Assembly: GCA_964016885.1 (NCBI GenBank)
Contig: OZ024743.1
Span: forward strand, 32,984,001 to 33,048,000
DNA from: Eledone cirrhosa
Lineage: Eukaryota
Length of the DNA: 64,000 nt
Reading direction: 5' to 3'
Both the position numbers and the translations under genes were made by a program. The notes under the pieces were generated by a model that had not been told where the DNA came from, did not search any database, and was given only the letters and a program-made list of their open reading frames with translations. The number at the start of each line of letters is the position of its first letter. Within the stretch, counting starts at the first letter, position 1. Positions 1 through 13,803 of the stretch are shown in pieces.

Positions 1-1264
1 TAACATTCTGAAAATAAACAGATAAGAAAAAAAAAACTTAAATGAAATTTAATATATAAATATGAAATAAACATTATTCCCTACTTTCATTTTTCTATGG
101 CCTATTTTAGAAAGATTTAAAGATACTTTTCAACTGATAACCAACTTTTAAATATTCTTATATTCTTCTTCATAATTTATTAATAGCCATTTGATATGTA
201 CATATTTTTGAATTTTACATCATCTATACTATACTCTTTCTCAATAAAAGAAATAGCTTTTCTAAAGATTAAACCAGTATTCTATTTACATAAAATCTTT
301 CAGGTTTTTACTGACACTCTATTCTACACAAAAGTTAAAATAGAAAACTCATCCATCATTAATATACCTAACCAAAGAAATAAGACCTACTATAGTTATT
401 GAGCAGTATCTCAAATATTTTCTGTCACCTTCTTTGCTTTCTTACCTTCATATGGGGGAATGTATGTACAAATGGTTTAGGAATTAAGGTTATGTAAATT
501 TTATATGACGGTTGTATATTACGATATATATTATTGAGAATAAGTAGCAATTAACTGATTAGAGTCTGACTTTATTATGCAGTTGATTATTGTACTCAGA
601 TCCTGGATCTCCAGCCTACCTCTCTACTTATGGTGATCAAGATGAAGATGGACATCTGCAAAAACAAACAAAATAGACTGTGTTGGACTAGCTGTTTTGG
701 CTCCTCTTCCTTACCATCCTTCAGGGTAATTCATTTGCCATTCTGTCTGTTGGGACCATGAAGCAACAACAATAAAATTGATAACATACTGCTGTATTCC
801 ATAACATCTAATGATTTTATCTGGAATGACTGACTGGATAGAACATGTTGAAAATTGAAAGCTTTTTATCCACATACAGTTTTATAATTCAAATTAGCAT
901 GGAGGTGGTTTGGGGACCCAGAACGTTAGATTTTCCTACTGCTCTGAGTTTTATGATAAATCTATCAGAGAGCAGCTGATACTTTGTTGACTTGGTTATA
1001 CTGGAACAATTATTTTACTGATAGGTTGCCCTTCAAAAAGTTACTCATTCATCCATGAAGTATGAGAGTTGTTTTACTACTATATATTTTTGAATACATT
1101 GCTAAAGAGTTTAATACAAGGTCTATTGGGAGATTCAAAATCATGGTCTACTAATCAGATTAACAATTTATTCTAAATAGAATAATAATTCAGTATTTTT
1201 AAAGTGAGAAATTGTCTAGCAACAGACCATGTAATGATATTGTTTATGAATATGATTTCAAAGG

Positions 1265-1535
1265 TTAGATATAGGAAGAATCAAATGTAATGTGGAAGAG
1301 AAATTGTATTGGTATGGGCATATGATGCATATGGGTGATAAATGTTGAGTGAAGAAGTGCCAAGGTATCCAAATGGATGGAAGCTGTGATAAAAGAAAAC
1401 CAAGAAAAACCTGGTCAGAAGTGGTTAGCACTGATTTCAAGATGCCAAACTTCTTAAAGGAGATGACAAAGGAGTGCAACAAGTTGAGGCAGGCTGTGGT
1501 ATAGACTGCCCAGCCAACCCATGAAAGCATGGAAA
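1265..1535 (+). mobile_element. Degraded RTE 3' ORF relic
   Basis: Decayed 'IKC.VEE..LYWYGHMM...DGS...PRKTWSEVV..D' motifs matching the RTE C-terminus. Confidence 0.7.
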
Positions 1536-2583
1536 AACAAACAAAGAATGAGGAAGAGGATAACTATTCTAAAAATTTCTAATTTCTTTTGAAATCTACA
1601 AAGAGAAAGATTATACTATGAAGTACATATGTTGTCATCATCATCATCGTTTAATGTCCATTTTCTATGCTAGCATGTGTATTTCACAGAACAAGTAGTA
1701 TTTTTATTATTACAATAGAAAGAGAAACATGCTTGCTATTGTAAACTTTGATGCCATAATGGTATAATTTCTTTCACCAAGTTTCAACTTCAGTTTTAAA
1801 GTAGTTCAGGGAAACAACTGGAAAATAGAATTAGCCTTACTAACAAATGCAGAATATTTGATAAATCTCTAAAACTGTTGCTGCTTTCCATTTTCTTGTT
1901 TTAATGAAAAATTAATGACCACTAGCATAAAAAATAATTTTAAAAGGAAGATATTACATTAACAACAAAATCTTATTTCAATAGTAATATCAATAACAAT
2001 AACAACAACAAAAATACTTGTCATTAAAAATACTGCATCTAGTACTGATAGTACCACTGCTACTCCAATTACTACTTTGGGAGGAAAAACTGTATATAAC
2101 AATTGCAGTAATAAAGGCACTAACTAATAATACTGCTGCTATACAGCAACAATAACTACTATTGCAACTACTTCTACATAACAAAGATAGTAACAATAAA
2201 AGCAAATTTCTCCTCCTAGAATTGAGAACAGATTAACTGAAGGAAAGAGTGAGAGAGAGGAGAAAGATAGAGAGAGAAAGAAAAGTGTACACTATAAAAC
2301 TGAAGAGTAATGTGAAAGGAAAGATGTAGTAAAATGGAACAACATGTGTTTGTTCTTGATTTCTAATTATTGATCCCATTTTCAGAGCATTTCTGCTGGT
2401 CTCTTTGCTTGGTGCTGTCATAACCTCATTGGGTGATGTTTGCTGCCACATCTATAACCACTCTACTGGAATGCTTTCTATTCATCATCATTGACATTGT
2501 AACCTCCATTCTCTTTACAACTCCCAACCATTACTTCCATATCCACCTTACATTCCTTCATCATATCATTCTCTCTTTTTTGC

Positions 2584-2614
<31 letters not shown>

Positions 2615-3524
2615 ATAATAGACAAGCTTCAATTGCTATTATTGTTTCTCATTTGTTTCATTCTTTTCACTTTTTTCTTACCTTTTTCCTGTCTCTCATT
2701 TCCTTATTAACTAGACCTCTCTCTTGATGCAACTTCCATTTCTACTTTTTACTCATTTCATATTTTTTTTATAATTTTATATTACTTTTTATATATAATT
2801 TCTTTAATTTCCTCTTCTGCCTTTTCCACAACTTTAGTTCAATTATTTCTCTGTATCTCGTGTTCATCCCATTTCTTTCTTACCTTTTAGATTTAGCATC
2901 CAAGCTTCAATGTATTTAAATCAATTATATTTGTTAGTCTGACGTTTTGCATTGAAATAATTAACATTTTATATTTAAACAATCTAATTTATTAGCTTAT
3001 TATTTATTCATTTATAAAAGGTTATATTAATATTGTTCACCTAAGAGTATAAAACTACATTCTATCTTGATAACTAGCTGTTACTCATTTCATACACTAT
3101 TATCTCTCTTAACCATTATTTCTCCTATTTTTATTCAAATCATATTTTTCCTTCTTTTTTATCTTCACATCAATTCACTTTTGTCTTTGCTTGCTGTCTA
3201 ATGAGAGCATTCTCTCCAGTCTATTCAACTTGTGGGATTTTTTCAGCTAACTGTATGCATAACCTTGATTAATTGAAGTTTCTTAACTTACTGTATTATG
3301 TATATGTAAAGTCTACTGTATTTGTATATTGTATGCAGAATATTTACCTGAGATATTTCCCTTGCCCAAAGGTTGATAATCAGTGTCACTATCTTACTTA
3401 TACATACATATGTGTGTGTGTATATGTGTGTGTATGTGTGTGTGGATCACATTTAGTCATTGCCAACTAAATTTCACCAGTTAATTTAAAGACCAAATTT
3501 ACTCATATAGTCAGTCAAATAATC

Positions 3525-4800
3525 TAAGGAGGTGACATCCCTAGTGACTAGTGTAGCAGGATCATCAACAGCTGCTATTAAGTCAGCAGAGATACTCAAG
3601 AAAAGATTGCCTAGAAAAGCAGGAAATTGATGATCAAAGTTATGAAAATTGTCAAATTATAGCATAGCTAATTTGGATAATAATTAGTGTAGATGAAATA
3701 TAGTTTAGATTTGGACCAGAATAGGAAACCAGTAATGTACTTAATTTTTACTGAAGATACTACAGAGTTCTTGTCTAAGAGTATTTTACTCTTCCTATAA
3801 TTCATTGGTCTGGAGGAAGCTTTTGACAGTTTTCCATGTTCTGTAGTAATGATCTGTGTGTGGATTAATAGCTTGTGAGATCTATATAAACCATAAACAA
3901 GAATGCTGCGATTATGATGACAATTAATAACGAGTTTAGTAAGTAATTTTGTGTGCAGGTAGATGTCTATCACAGCTTTGTTCTCAGCCAGCTAATGGTT
4001 ATTACAGTCATTCAGGCCATAACATACTGGCTGTCCATGAAAACACCTGTATCCAAATTAGTTAATTAAAGGAAAAATTTCAAACATGGAAGCTTAGCTT
4101 AGAAGTCTAAAAGTAAATCTAGAGAAGATTAAAGTCTTAGCTAACAACAAAGAATACAACTAGTAAGTGGCCAACATTATATGCAGAAAACATGTCATTA
4201 AGTATTCTATTGTGTGTAATCAATGACAATTATGGGCATACAAGAGAAACAGTGAGAATACTATGTATGTAGCATATATACAGAGTAATTAGCAATAGGA
4301 ACACTCTTAAAATAAATTGTTTTAAGTGCCAAGGAGGTACCCTAGAAATAGTTGACAACTTCTAGCTTCTGTTACCTAATTATCAATGGAGTTGGATGTT
4401 GCAAAATGACTATAGTCAGAGTATAAATGCAATGGAAATTGTGGAAGGAACTATTACCTTTTCTGTTGGCACCTTACTGAGTGAAAGGCAGATTGTATAT
4501 TGGTTACGCATGAAGTGCAATAGTGTATGGTAGTGAAGCATGGGTATTTAATATAAAGTATGTGCAAAGGCTGGAGAGAAATGTGACAAGCGTGCGCTCC
4601 TATATGTGTAATGCTGGTGTGAACAAACAATGAACAGACAATCTGAAAGAAAAATTGAGTATGAAAAACATCATTATGCTAGAGAGAAGAATGTGGATAT
4701 ATAGTGCATATGAAAAATGACAGTTGGCTGAAGACATACTGCAGTAATGGTGGCTGCTATTATAACAATATATTATACAAACATTCATGCATGCAGTCAT
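3525..4800 (+). mobile_element. Old, heavily mutated RTE RT relic
   Basis: Collinear traces of GDIPSD(W)CS, QVMK, LEEAFD, VFHVL, 'GSEAW' and WIYS/WWL motifs, with many stops and indels. Confidence 0.6.
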
Positions 4801-5341
4801 ATTCACATACTTAGCAGTCTATATTAAAAAAGCCTGAAAACTGTGGCATACACTACTATCTTTCAATAGGCAACATGACCTACTTAGTGCTGAAAAAAAC
4901 TACTTCAAAAAACTATTTATGATCTACATTAAATAACAATAATAACTTTGTTCTAGAAAATGCTGTAAATTCTTGGGCCATTTTATTTTTTGGAATAAAG
5001 TAAACCAAAGAATCCACTGTTGAATATTTGGATAAATACTAGGTCCTCATTGAAGCTTCTATACAAATCCTGCATTCTATTGATATTGATTATAAATCAA
5101 AATTGATTTTTATTTAAATATGTCATTTATTGCAGTTGTCAATTCTTAATTATCAAAATATCAATATTATAATAGTTTTCTGAATAAAAATCTATTGTTG
5201 TTTCTATTTAGAGTGTTGGATGATAAAAATAGGTTGATGAAACATGATAAATGTGGTCATTTATTTTATCATAAGAGCCCCCCCCCCCCCCCCCGAAGAT
5301 TGTTTTCTTTCAGTGTATTTAGGGAGGGAAAGTCAGTTTAA

Positions 5342-5547
5342 CCCTTTAGCATTTAAACCGGCCATATCTGGCCAGAATTCTCACCACTTTCTATTCAAAT
5401 CGGCCATAACCGGTTGCTCATATTGATGTTAAGGTATTATTCTCAAAATAAATAATATCAAAATCTCATAGATTCAATATTATGTGAGATAAAGACTTTA
5501 CCATGAAAATACAATAGTAAATATAGAGTAATGTGAGTGCTAAATGG
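5342..5547 (+). mobile_element. MITE-B, piggyBac-like non-autonomous DNA transposon
   Basis: TTAA on both sides (5338-5341, 5548-5551); TIRs ccctttagcatt / agtgctaaatgg. Confidence 0.85.
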
Positions 5548-5778
5548 TTAATAAAGTTTATCAATCCCAAGTTACATTCAAATGAGGATTTGTATTGAAT
5601 TCAGCACTAAGAAAAATACTTACAGATTTTTAGGGAGAATGCTAGTTGTACTGTTAGTTTAACTAACCAAGAAGTCTTCATATTGGTCAATATCAACCCA
5701 TAGGGATCGATGGAACTACCCAAGGGCTAAATCCTGATATTTGTATAAGAAATAAAAAGACATAAAATTTACCACATG

Positions 5779-5952
5779 ACAGTGCATTGGCAGTATCAGT
5801 AGAGGATCAGACGCCATGCTTTACAGCATAGAGTTACGTCTCTTTACGTTTTGAGGTTAACTTTGCCTTTCATCCTTACGAGGTCGATAAAATAAAGTAC
5901 CAGTAATGTACTGGGATAATTGCTGGCCTTGAGCCAAAAGTAGAAACAATTA
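5779..5952 (+). mobile_element. SINE-A (tRNA-like head, Deu/Nin-like central domain)
   Basis: A-box-like TGGCAGTATC, body 'gcctttcatccttacgaggtcgataaaataaagtacc', tail gtagaaacaatta. Small internal deletion. Confidence 0.85.
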
Positions 5953-7845
5953 TTTCTTTTCTTTTTGTGATATTTTTTTAATGAATAATAAAAATAGTAT
6001 GAAAAATAATTGGGACAGTTTAAATAGATGTTCCTTATCTATTTTAGATACAGGTTGAATTTTTAAAGAAAATCTTCATTTAAAATGTTAAATCTTCTTT
6101 TCTTCTATAGATCTACATTTTCCTCTTGATTATACCTTTGCCAAAAATTCTAAATAAGATACATAGCCATAACAATAAGTTGCTGAAGAAATATAATTTC
6201 TGATCTTCATTATTGTGACATTTTACCGTATTTCTAATAAATTACACTGACTATAATTTTCAATTAACTTTAAGAATTTTAAGGGATTTAATAAAATAAT
6301 TTTTTTTTTTAAGCTGATGTTTGAAACATTTTTCTTACATAAAATTAAGATGGAAGGTTTGAATTTCAGTATAAACGCTTTAAAACAATCGGCTTTGTAT
6401 AACAGAGTCAAGGGTAGTTTCAGCTTGTTTGATATAAACAGTTTTAAATGTAAGATATTTGGCTATTTAAATTGGCAATTTAGATTTCTGCTGCTTTTTT
6501 TATAAGCTAACAATTTCTATTGATCTAGAACTTCTTTCAGATTGAAGAATTATTTCATTACATAGATTTGTTTTGTTTCAAATTTAAATTAAAAGGAAAT
6601 AAACAGAGTTTTTTTTCACCGACTATTTATATTGGGGATGAGAAAAGAACATCAATTGTGTTTTTATCTCCTTTTGTAAACAATTATACAATCAACACAA
6701 TCCTATAAATTACCAAGATGTGACTTATTTATCAAATTGCTTTCCCTTTTGAGTCAAATTGATCAATGATCTATATAATGCTGTTGCCTTTTATTCAGTG
6801 GCATTTTATTTCTTTTGGAATAGTAAGGCATGTTGTAAATCTACAATTCTCTTGGATTCTCTTTATAGGTTAATTAACTCAATTTTCAGTTTCCATTGAC
6901 AGAAGAAAAAAAAAGTTATTTTCAAATAAACATTTTATGTGTGGATGATATTCTCATCCTAAAATTTAAAGTGCAATTACTTTAGAAATCAAATTGTGCA
7001 AGATTATAGCAATGTTTGTCTATTACTCCGTGGAATGTTCATTTGATAAGCCAAGTTATTTCTACTATATATTACTTACGTTGTTGATTTTGCTCATATA
7101 TAAGCATCTTTAATTGCTTATAATGAGTAAACGAAAGTTAACAATGATTCCTTTTTATTACATACTCTGAAAAATGCTAGTGCCACAATGAAACACATCT
7201 AGTCAAATATGTAAAGTGCTAATGTTGAAGTCATCATAAAATGCAGCCAGTAGACTTTGTAAAGTGGTTGGCATTTGGAAGGACATCTCACCATAGAAAC
7301 CATGCCAAAAATGGAATATATGAGCAAGTCAAGGCTTCTGTCTAGTCTTGGGCCATAGCAACCTGTCCAAACCATGCCAGCATGGAAAACAGACATAATA
7401 TGATGATCAAGTCTAATTTTCTTCAGACAAAATATGATTCATTAGATTGCCCACAATATAATTACTATATTATTAACTTCAAAGAAATGAAAGTATGAAG
7501 ATCAGTATTCTTTAACTAATGTAAATAAGGATTTCTAATATTGGCAAAAAGCCACAAATTTGGGAAACAGGATATACTTTGAGTGAATTGGCACCAGTAT
7601 TTAACTGCTACTTATTTTATTCTTCTCCTCCAAAAACATTGAAAAGGAAATTTGCATTTAGTAGATTATGAATTTACAAGATAAATGGATGTAACTAAAT
7701 TCTACAAGAAATGTTGCTGCAGCTTTGCCATTTCTGCAATTCACTGCCCTAACTCTTGAAACTGCCCTTGATACTATGATACAAAGTTGCTTGTTTTAAA
7801 GTGTTTATATTTATGTAAAAACCTTTCATTATAATTTTATGTAAG

Positions 7846-8032
7846 GGGCAGTGAATTGGCAGATTCGGTAGAGGGTCGGACACCATGCTTTGACGCATTG
7901 AGTTATGGCCCTTACTATTCTGAATTCAAATACTGCCGAGGCTAACTTTGCCTTTCATCCTTATGGGGTCGATAAAATAAAGTACTAGTAATGTACTGCG
8001 TAATTGCTGGCCTTGTGCCAAAAGTAGAAACA
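7846..8032 (+). mobile_element. SINE-A, full length with 18-bp TSD
   Basis: TSD attataattttatgtaag at 7828-7845 and 8033-8050. A/B-box-like head. Confidence 0.95.
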
Positions 8033-8064
8033 ATTATAATTTTATGTAAGCAGTTTTGTTAAAT

Positions 8065-8751
8065 TCATCATCATCATCATCATCATCACTGTTTTACGTC
8101 CGTTCTTCCACGCTAGTATGGGTTAGACGGGTTGTCCTGTTGTGGTTATCCTGTTACTCATACAGGAACTGATTTGGCTTGATTTCTGCAGCTGGATGCC
8201 CTTCCTAACACCAACCTCATTTACAGTGAGTGCTGGGTGCTTTTTCGTGGCGCCTACACGTCCACTTTACAGTGTGGGCTGGGTGCTTTTTTGCCGTGGC
8301 ACCTCCACGACCACCTTGCAGTGGGAGGGTGTGGGGGCATATTGTATATATGCTTCAGCTTGTACCCATGGGAGGTCGGGTACTCTGTATTACTGCGTGA
8401 TGCCAGAGGTCACGGTCATATGTCATTGCCTTTGAGAGGTGTAATTGGGTAAGGTCGGCTTTTATCACCTCATCCCAGGTCATCTTGGGTCTCCCCACTC
8501 AGCGGTTTCCATCGACTTCTAGTGCTCTGCACCTTTTTATGCAGCTGTCATCCTTCACACGCATCACATGTCCATACCAACGCAACCACCTCTCCTGCAC
8601 ACAGCATTTGATTCCTTTTATGCTCAGTCTCTCTCTCAATTCATTTATGCTTTGTCGTTCGCGTATATTACTATTACACATCCATCGGAGCATGCAGGCT
8701 TCGTTTCTCTCTAATCTACGTAAGTCTTCCACCTTCAGCGCCCAGGTCTCA
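8065..8751 (-). mobile_element. 5'-truncated young copy of the same RTE LINE
   Basis: Reverse complement nearly identical to about 33750-34450 (EDLRRLERNEACMLRWMC...). (CAT)n tail at 8065-8088. Confidence 0.95.
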
Positions 8752-8865
8752 TGTTTAAAAAATCAGATAAATTATGAGAATGTTAGTTATATTACTAAAT
8801 CCCTCCTAATTTTTGATTAATTTTCATTAAAAATATAGTAATTAAAGAGTTTAATAATAGTTTAT

Positions 8866-9062
8866 AATTTAGGCACAAGGCCAGCAGTTTTGAAGCGAGA
8901 AGAAAGTTCATGACATGTATCCCAGTACTTGACTAGTACTTCATTTTATCGACCTTGGAAGTATGAAAGGCAAAAATAAACCTTTACAGGATCTGAGCTC
9001 AGATTTTAAAGAACAGATACTGCAAGGCATTTTTCTGACATGCTCGTGATTCTGCCAATCCA
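8866..9062 (-). mobile_element. SINE-A, older diverged copy
   Basis: ggcacaaggccagca...ttttatcgacc...gaaaggcaaa...ctgccaatcc. Confidence 0.75.
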
Positions 9063-9422
9063 TTATATTTATCATCTCTCAATAACTTACAATAGACCAG
9101 GCTTGTGAAAAGGAGTATGTAAAGTGCTGGGTAGGATTAAGTCTTTCTGAGGTCCTGAGCACTTAAAAGATTATGATGCTCCCTATCATCATCATCATCA
9201 TCATTTTACGTCCGCTTTTCCCTGCTCGCAAGGGTATATATAATATTAACAAAAATTATTTTTGGATATAACAAATACATTTATTTTAGATAAAGTGGTG
9301 CCTCTCTTCTCTTGATGCCCTAAGCATGTGCTTATTTTGCTTAACATTTAATCCAGCCATGGGAAAGTGCAGTGCATATACCAGCAATGTGCAAACCTAT
9401 TAGCAAACGTGTTAAAATTGAA

Positions 9423-9990
9423 TTAATAATAATGAAAATTACTGTCTACAGTGCTCAGGTGCACTACAACCCATTAAAAGTACATATATAGTATATGAAT
9501 CACTTGGTTGCACGTCTCTGAACAGTTTCCAGGAGATCAGTATCATGAGTAAGATAGAGGTTCCAGACTGGTGATGCAAATTTTAAGTGTAGACACACCA
9601 TAACTATATACAGCTTTAAATAGATAGCTGGAGAGTGGCTGACAAAGGTCTTGATGAGTGATGCTAAGACACCCTCAGCCTGCTTGACAGTTTTAGAGAC
9701 ATGCTTTGTCCAATGCAAATCGCTGCTGACAGTAATGCCTAGGTCACGTTCACAAGAAGACTTCTTCATATTAGTGTTGTGGAGGGAGTATGTGGACGCT
9801 TGGTTGTTCCTCCCAAAATGCATGGTGGTACACTTGTCCACAGCCAGTTTGAGTTGCCAGTCTGTGATCCATGGCTGCATTGTGTCCAGGTCTGATTGCA
9901 GTAAAGATCTATCGGTACAACTTGATGTTATTTGCATATTTCAGCACTGTGGCATTCTTCAAGTTGGTATCTATGTCACAGGACACTAAA
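9423..9990 (-). mobile_element. Internally deleted copy of the CR1-like LINE
   Basis: ORF 9500-9937 matches 57700-58135 (QSDLDTMQ.WI.DWQLKLAVDKC). Same 3' end 'gttgtagtgcacctgagcact...(att)n'. Confidence 0.9.
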
Positions 9991-10864
9991 TTATTATCTT
10001 TCTAATATAAAGAAAAGAAAACTACATATGTATTTGAGAAAAATGTAATGAAACGTTTAAAGATAAATTAAAAGTAACTAATCAAACATTTTAGATACCT
10101 ATCTCATAGAAAATGCTTTGACAAATTATTCTCTCACTTGCACACATAATCAATTACTTATTGATTATGCAAAATGCTCTTTATAATATAGTTTGTTACT
10201 CGTTTAGAAAATTCACCACGTAATCAGTCTTTAAATAATCAAAGGAAAAAAATTGAAGAATTATACAGTTGAAATGAGAATTCCTAACCCTATTAAACTT
10301 CTCTAAATAATTCTTATTCAGTTAGTCACATTAAACATATCTTAAAGGGTATATTTTCCATATTGTTTTATGAACAACTGAAACAGAATCAAATAAAATT
10401 TCTATATGTGTTAAATTATATCCCTTATTTACATATTTTTCTTTATAGTTGGTTGAAAATATTTGAAATTTATTGGTTAAATTTATTAAGTAGATATCAT
10501 TTTTGTATGATGGTTGACATTTATTTATATATACATAAATATTTCAGCGAACTTTGCTTTGCCAATTGTCCAGAACAAACATTTAGATTTGTTGTTTTCA
10601 TTGATTAAATGTGTCTTTTGAAAGGATCTTACATCCAACCACACACATGTATGCAAACATGTACATGCATGCACACATACATGTGCACACACACACACAC
10701 ACATTAACCTTTTTTTTATTTATTAGGTTTAGTCTATATTAGACTACACCTATACTGGAGCAACACTTCAAAAAAATGTAATCAAATAGTACTTATTTTT
10801 AAGTCTAGTATTAATTTTCTCAAATTCCATTTGTTGAATCTGTAAGTTACATGATGTAAATAAT

Positions 10865-11049
10865 TGTTTCTACTTTTTGGCACAAGGCCAGCAATTACCC
10901 AGTGCATTACTGGTACTTTATTTTATCGACCCCGTAAGGATGAAAGGCAAAGTGAACCTCGGCGGGATTTGAACTGAGAATGGAAAGGGCCGTAACTCTA
11001 TGAGTCAAAGCATGGCGTCCGACCCTCTACCGATACTGCCAATCCACCA
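10865..11049 (-). mobile_element. SINE-A with 18-bp TSD
   Basis: TSD ttacatgatgtaaataat at 10847-10864 and 11050-11067. Confidence 0.95.
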
Positions 11050-11184
11050 TTACATGATGTAAATAATAAAAGTGTACATGCAAAAGTATAGACACACATA
11101 TGTATATACATATATACATATATATATATATATGTATATACATATATATATATGTATATATATATGTATATTCATATATATGTA

Positions 11185-11362
11185 TGTTCCGAGGCTATAG
11201 TATCTAGAATAAGGACGGGTTGGAAGAAGTTTAGGGAGCTGCTTCCTCTGTTGACGAAGAAGGGTTTCTCCCTGCATACGAAAGGCCGGTTGTATGATGC
11301 CTGTGTGAGGAGCGCGATGCTGCATGGGCAACTGCACAGGATATGCGATGGCTGGAGAGAAA
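11185..11362 (+). mobile_element. Internal fragment of a related RTE subfamily
   Basis: CSEAIVSRIRTGWKKFRELLPLLTKKGFSLHTKGRLYDACVRSAMLHG aligns to the RTE ORF at protein level with diverged codons. Abuts a (TA/CA)n microsatellite. Confidence 0.85.
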
Positions 11363-12570
11363 TCCTGGTGGTGCCAGAGAGCTTCTTATGAGTCTTGCAT
11401 TCTATCCTGAAATTATTATTGTCGTCTGAGGCCGAATATTATAAACACACAGCCAAAGTAGATTCTACTATAGATTTTCAATTGCTCATACATATAGCAA
11501 CAATCTTACAATCTTCAGACATTAACAAGGATATAGAAAAGGGAGAAAGAAGTTAGGCCTATACCAAACCCTAGTAAATTAGATGAATATTATTCATTAG
11601 ATTGTTTTAGATGAGCTAAGAAAATTATATAGAATGCAAAAAAATGACACAATACAACTATAGTTAAGTATTGAGAAAAGCTGAAGAGATTTCAAAAATA
11701 GTATAGTTTGTTAAAGAAAGCCAGGAATAATACTGTAATATTTAAGTTCAATTCTTTTGTTAAATCTATATTCTTAAAAATGCCTTTGAGTAATTTATTT
11801 TTGCTTATTCTTCATTATCATTTAAATCCTTCTTATTATGTCCAAACTACTTGAAAGTTTTGTTATATCATATTTGTCATATATGTTTTAAGATCTACAT
11901 CGTTATAGCATTATTTTCTTTAGAAACATTTGTCTTCTTCATTGATAAGGGAACGTGGTGGCTAGAATGTGAGCGAGTGAATATTGGACCAAAAATAAGT
12001 TTTATCATTGCATCTACATAGTTTAAATGCTCTGCTTCAAATAGTTATACTAGCTTGAGATTACTAAGAATAAACTTATGTACATCCTTGGGGCAGTTCT
12101 TGAAAATACAACTTTAGTCTTCAAAGTTTGTAAAAGATAATTATGATTGAATAACTTGCCATAAGATATATATCCTAATGTGATATACTTGTTGCATCAA
12201 TTCATATAAATGTGTATATTTGCCAAACTGTACAAACAATAGTAGCAGCAAAAGATTGGTTTAAAGTTTTGGAACAAATCTATATTTCATCTGAGCCAAA
12301 TGTTTGAGTTTACTATTAATTTCTTTATATGTTCCAATATAAAATTATGATGGAAAGTTTTTAGATAAATAAAGATAATTTAGAGTAAGCAGTTTTGTAT
12401 CACAGAACTATAGGTGATTTCAAGCAAGTTGGTAAGGGTTAAGTAATTAAGCTGTATTTCAAACTCTAGATTAAATTCTCTGTGAACTTGGTTATTACTT
12501 GCCATTATTCTATTCAATAATCACAATCATTTATTTCATTCATACTAATAGTTTTTCTTCTATTTTGCAG

Positions 12571-12752
12571 ACTTTGGGCTGAAGTATTTCGGGTTCATGG
12601 AGATGGGGAGTACATGCGATGGGAACGTGTATCAGATGATGTGGTGCCTGTGAACATATCCTGTATTGAAGATACTCCGGACACAATATTTCAAATAACT
12701 GCTTACAATCGACATGTGGAGAAAATATTTGATGTTAAAATAGTCCAACCAG
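12571..12752 (+). CDS. sif: Internal coding exon of a Still life (SIF type 1)/Tiam-family Rac GEF-like gene, N-terminal half of WH1/EVH1 domain
   Basis: Pyrimidine tract + acceptor (ttcttctattttgcag|A) and donor (CCAG|gtaagt). 182 nt = 1+60 codons+1, open: LWAEVFRVHGDGEYMRWERVSDDVVPVNISCIEDTPDTIFQITAYNRHVEKIFDVKIVQP(G). Recognised as similar to Drosophila SIF 'LWAEVF...VPVNITCI...FHITAYN...ILDVRLVQPG'. Not in the ORF track. Confidence 0.88.
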
Positions 12753-13449
12753 GTAAGTACCCAACTATATTGATATAAGCAGTTGAGTATGTCTTTTCTC
12801 AAGTTTCAGGTTTTAACATTGTTATTAGAAAGGACATAGAAGTAACCATTAAAGAAAATTGTGGTGGAAAAATGAGATATTTATATTTCCATTTTCAAAT
12901 ATTGCTGGTCATAAAATGAGAAATGTAGTTTTGATATTAATGAAAATACATTTTCAAAGAAAACCTTCAACATTATAGATATGCTATTTATTTCTTCGTA
13001 ATAAATATTCTAAAAGGGATGGATATTTGACTGACATGGTTATATTACTTGCAAAGGTAGCAGATTGTATGCATAAGGAATGCAATAGCTAATATAAAAG
13101 ATATAATAGCTAAGCATTTAAGATGCTTAACTCAGACCATGCTTTGAAAGACCCATTCAAAGGTATTGGATTGCTGATAAAACAAGTATTTATTCTAGAC
13201 ATCTATATATATTTTGCAGCAAAAGTGATAAAAAAAAAGAGTGACAAATGAGTATAATTTTAATTTAACTAGAAATATATAATTGTATGGGGAAAGACTT
13301 AGAATTCATAACCATCTGTCTATCCTATTTTCTAATGAGCATGAAGTTAATTTGTTCATGAAGGAATACAATGAGCGGAGGATAGCTGTGCTCAAAAACA
13401 TTCATCCAATTCATGCAAACTTTGATATGCAGATATGAAATAATGACAA

Positions 13450-13760
13450 AGATGACTACTGAGATCCACACCTCTCACTGTGTAATGATTTCATTGCAGT
13501 CAAATATCTTTAATACACATTAATTAGGCTGATTTCTTCATTCCTTCAGCCATAACCATAGCCACCATGAACTCCACTGAATCCATCCTCGTACTGTCCC
13601 ACATGTCCATTGTAGTTGCCTTCCAGGATGATGAGGTCTCTTTCGTCAATACCTGAAGTTGTCTGTAATAGTTTCTCATAAATCCTGTCCTTTTATTATT
13701 TACCCTGTCCTGCCTGCAGAGCATAGGTAGATGTGATTGTAACCAGTCTATTTTCTAATA
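13450..13760 (-). mobile_element. RTE AP-endonuclease relic
   Basis: Minus frame reads YEKLLQTTSGIDERDLIILEGNYNGHVGQYEDGFSGVHGGYGYG*RNEE, homologous to 31465-31615. Confidence 0.8.
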
Positions 13761-13803
13761 CTCACACATACACACACACACACACATATATATATATACA
13801 TAT

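Noticed and set aside
598-730. Possible upstream sif exon (reads DPGSPAYLSTYGDQDEDGHLQ, echoing SIF 'DGHLL')
   Set aside because: No GT donor at the required position and the frame stops after KQTK; likely coincidence.
7846-7940. tRNA genes at SINE heads
   Set aside because: A/B-box-like motifs are present, but there is no cloverleaf and they are fused to SINE bodies with TSDs.
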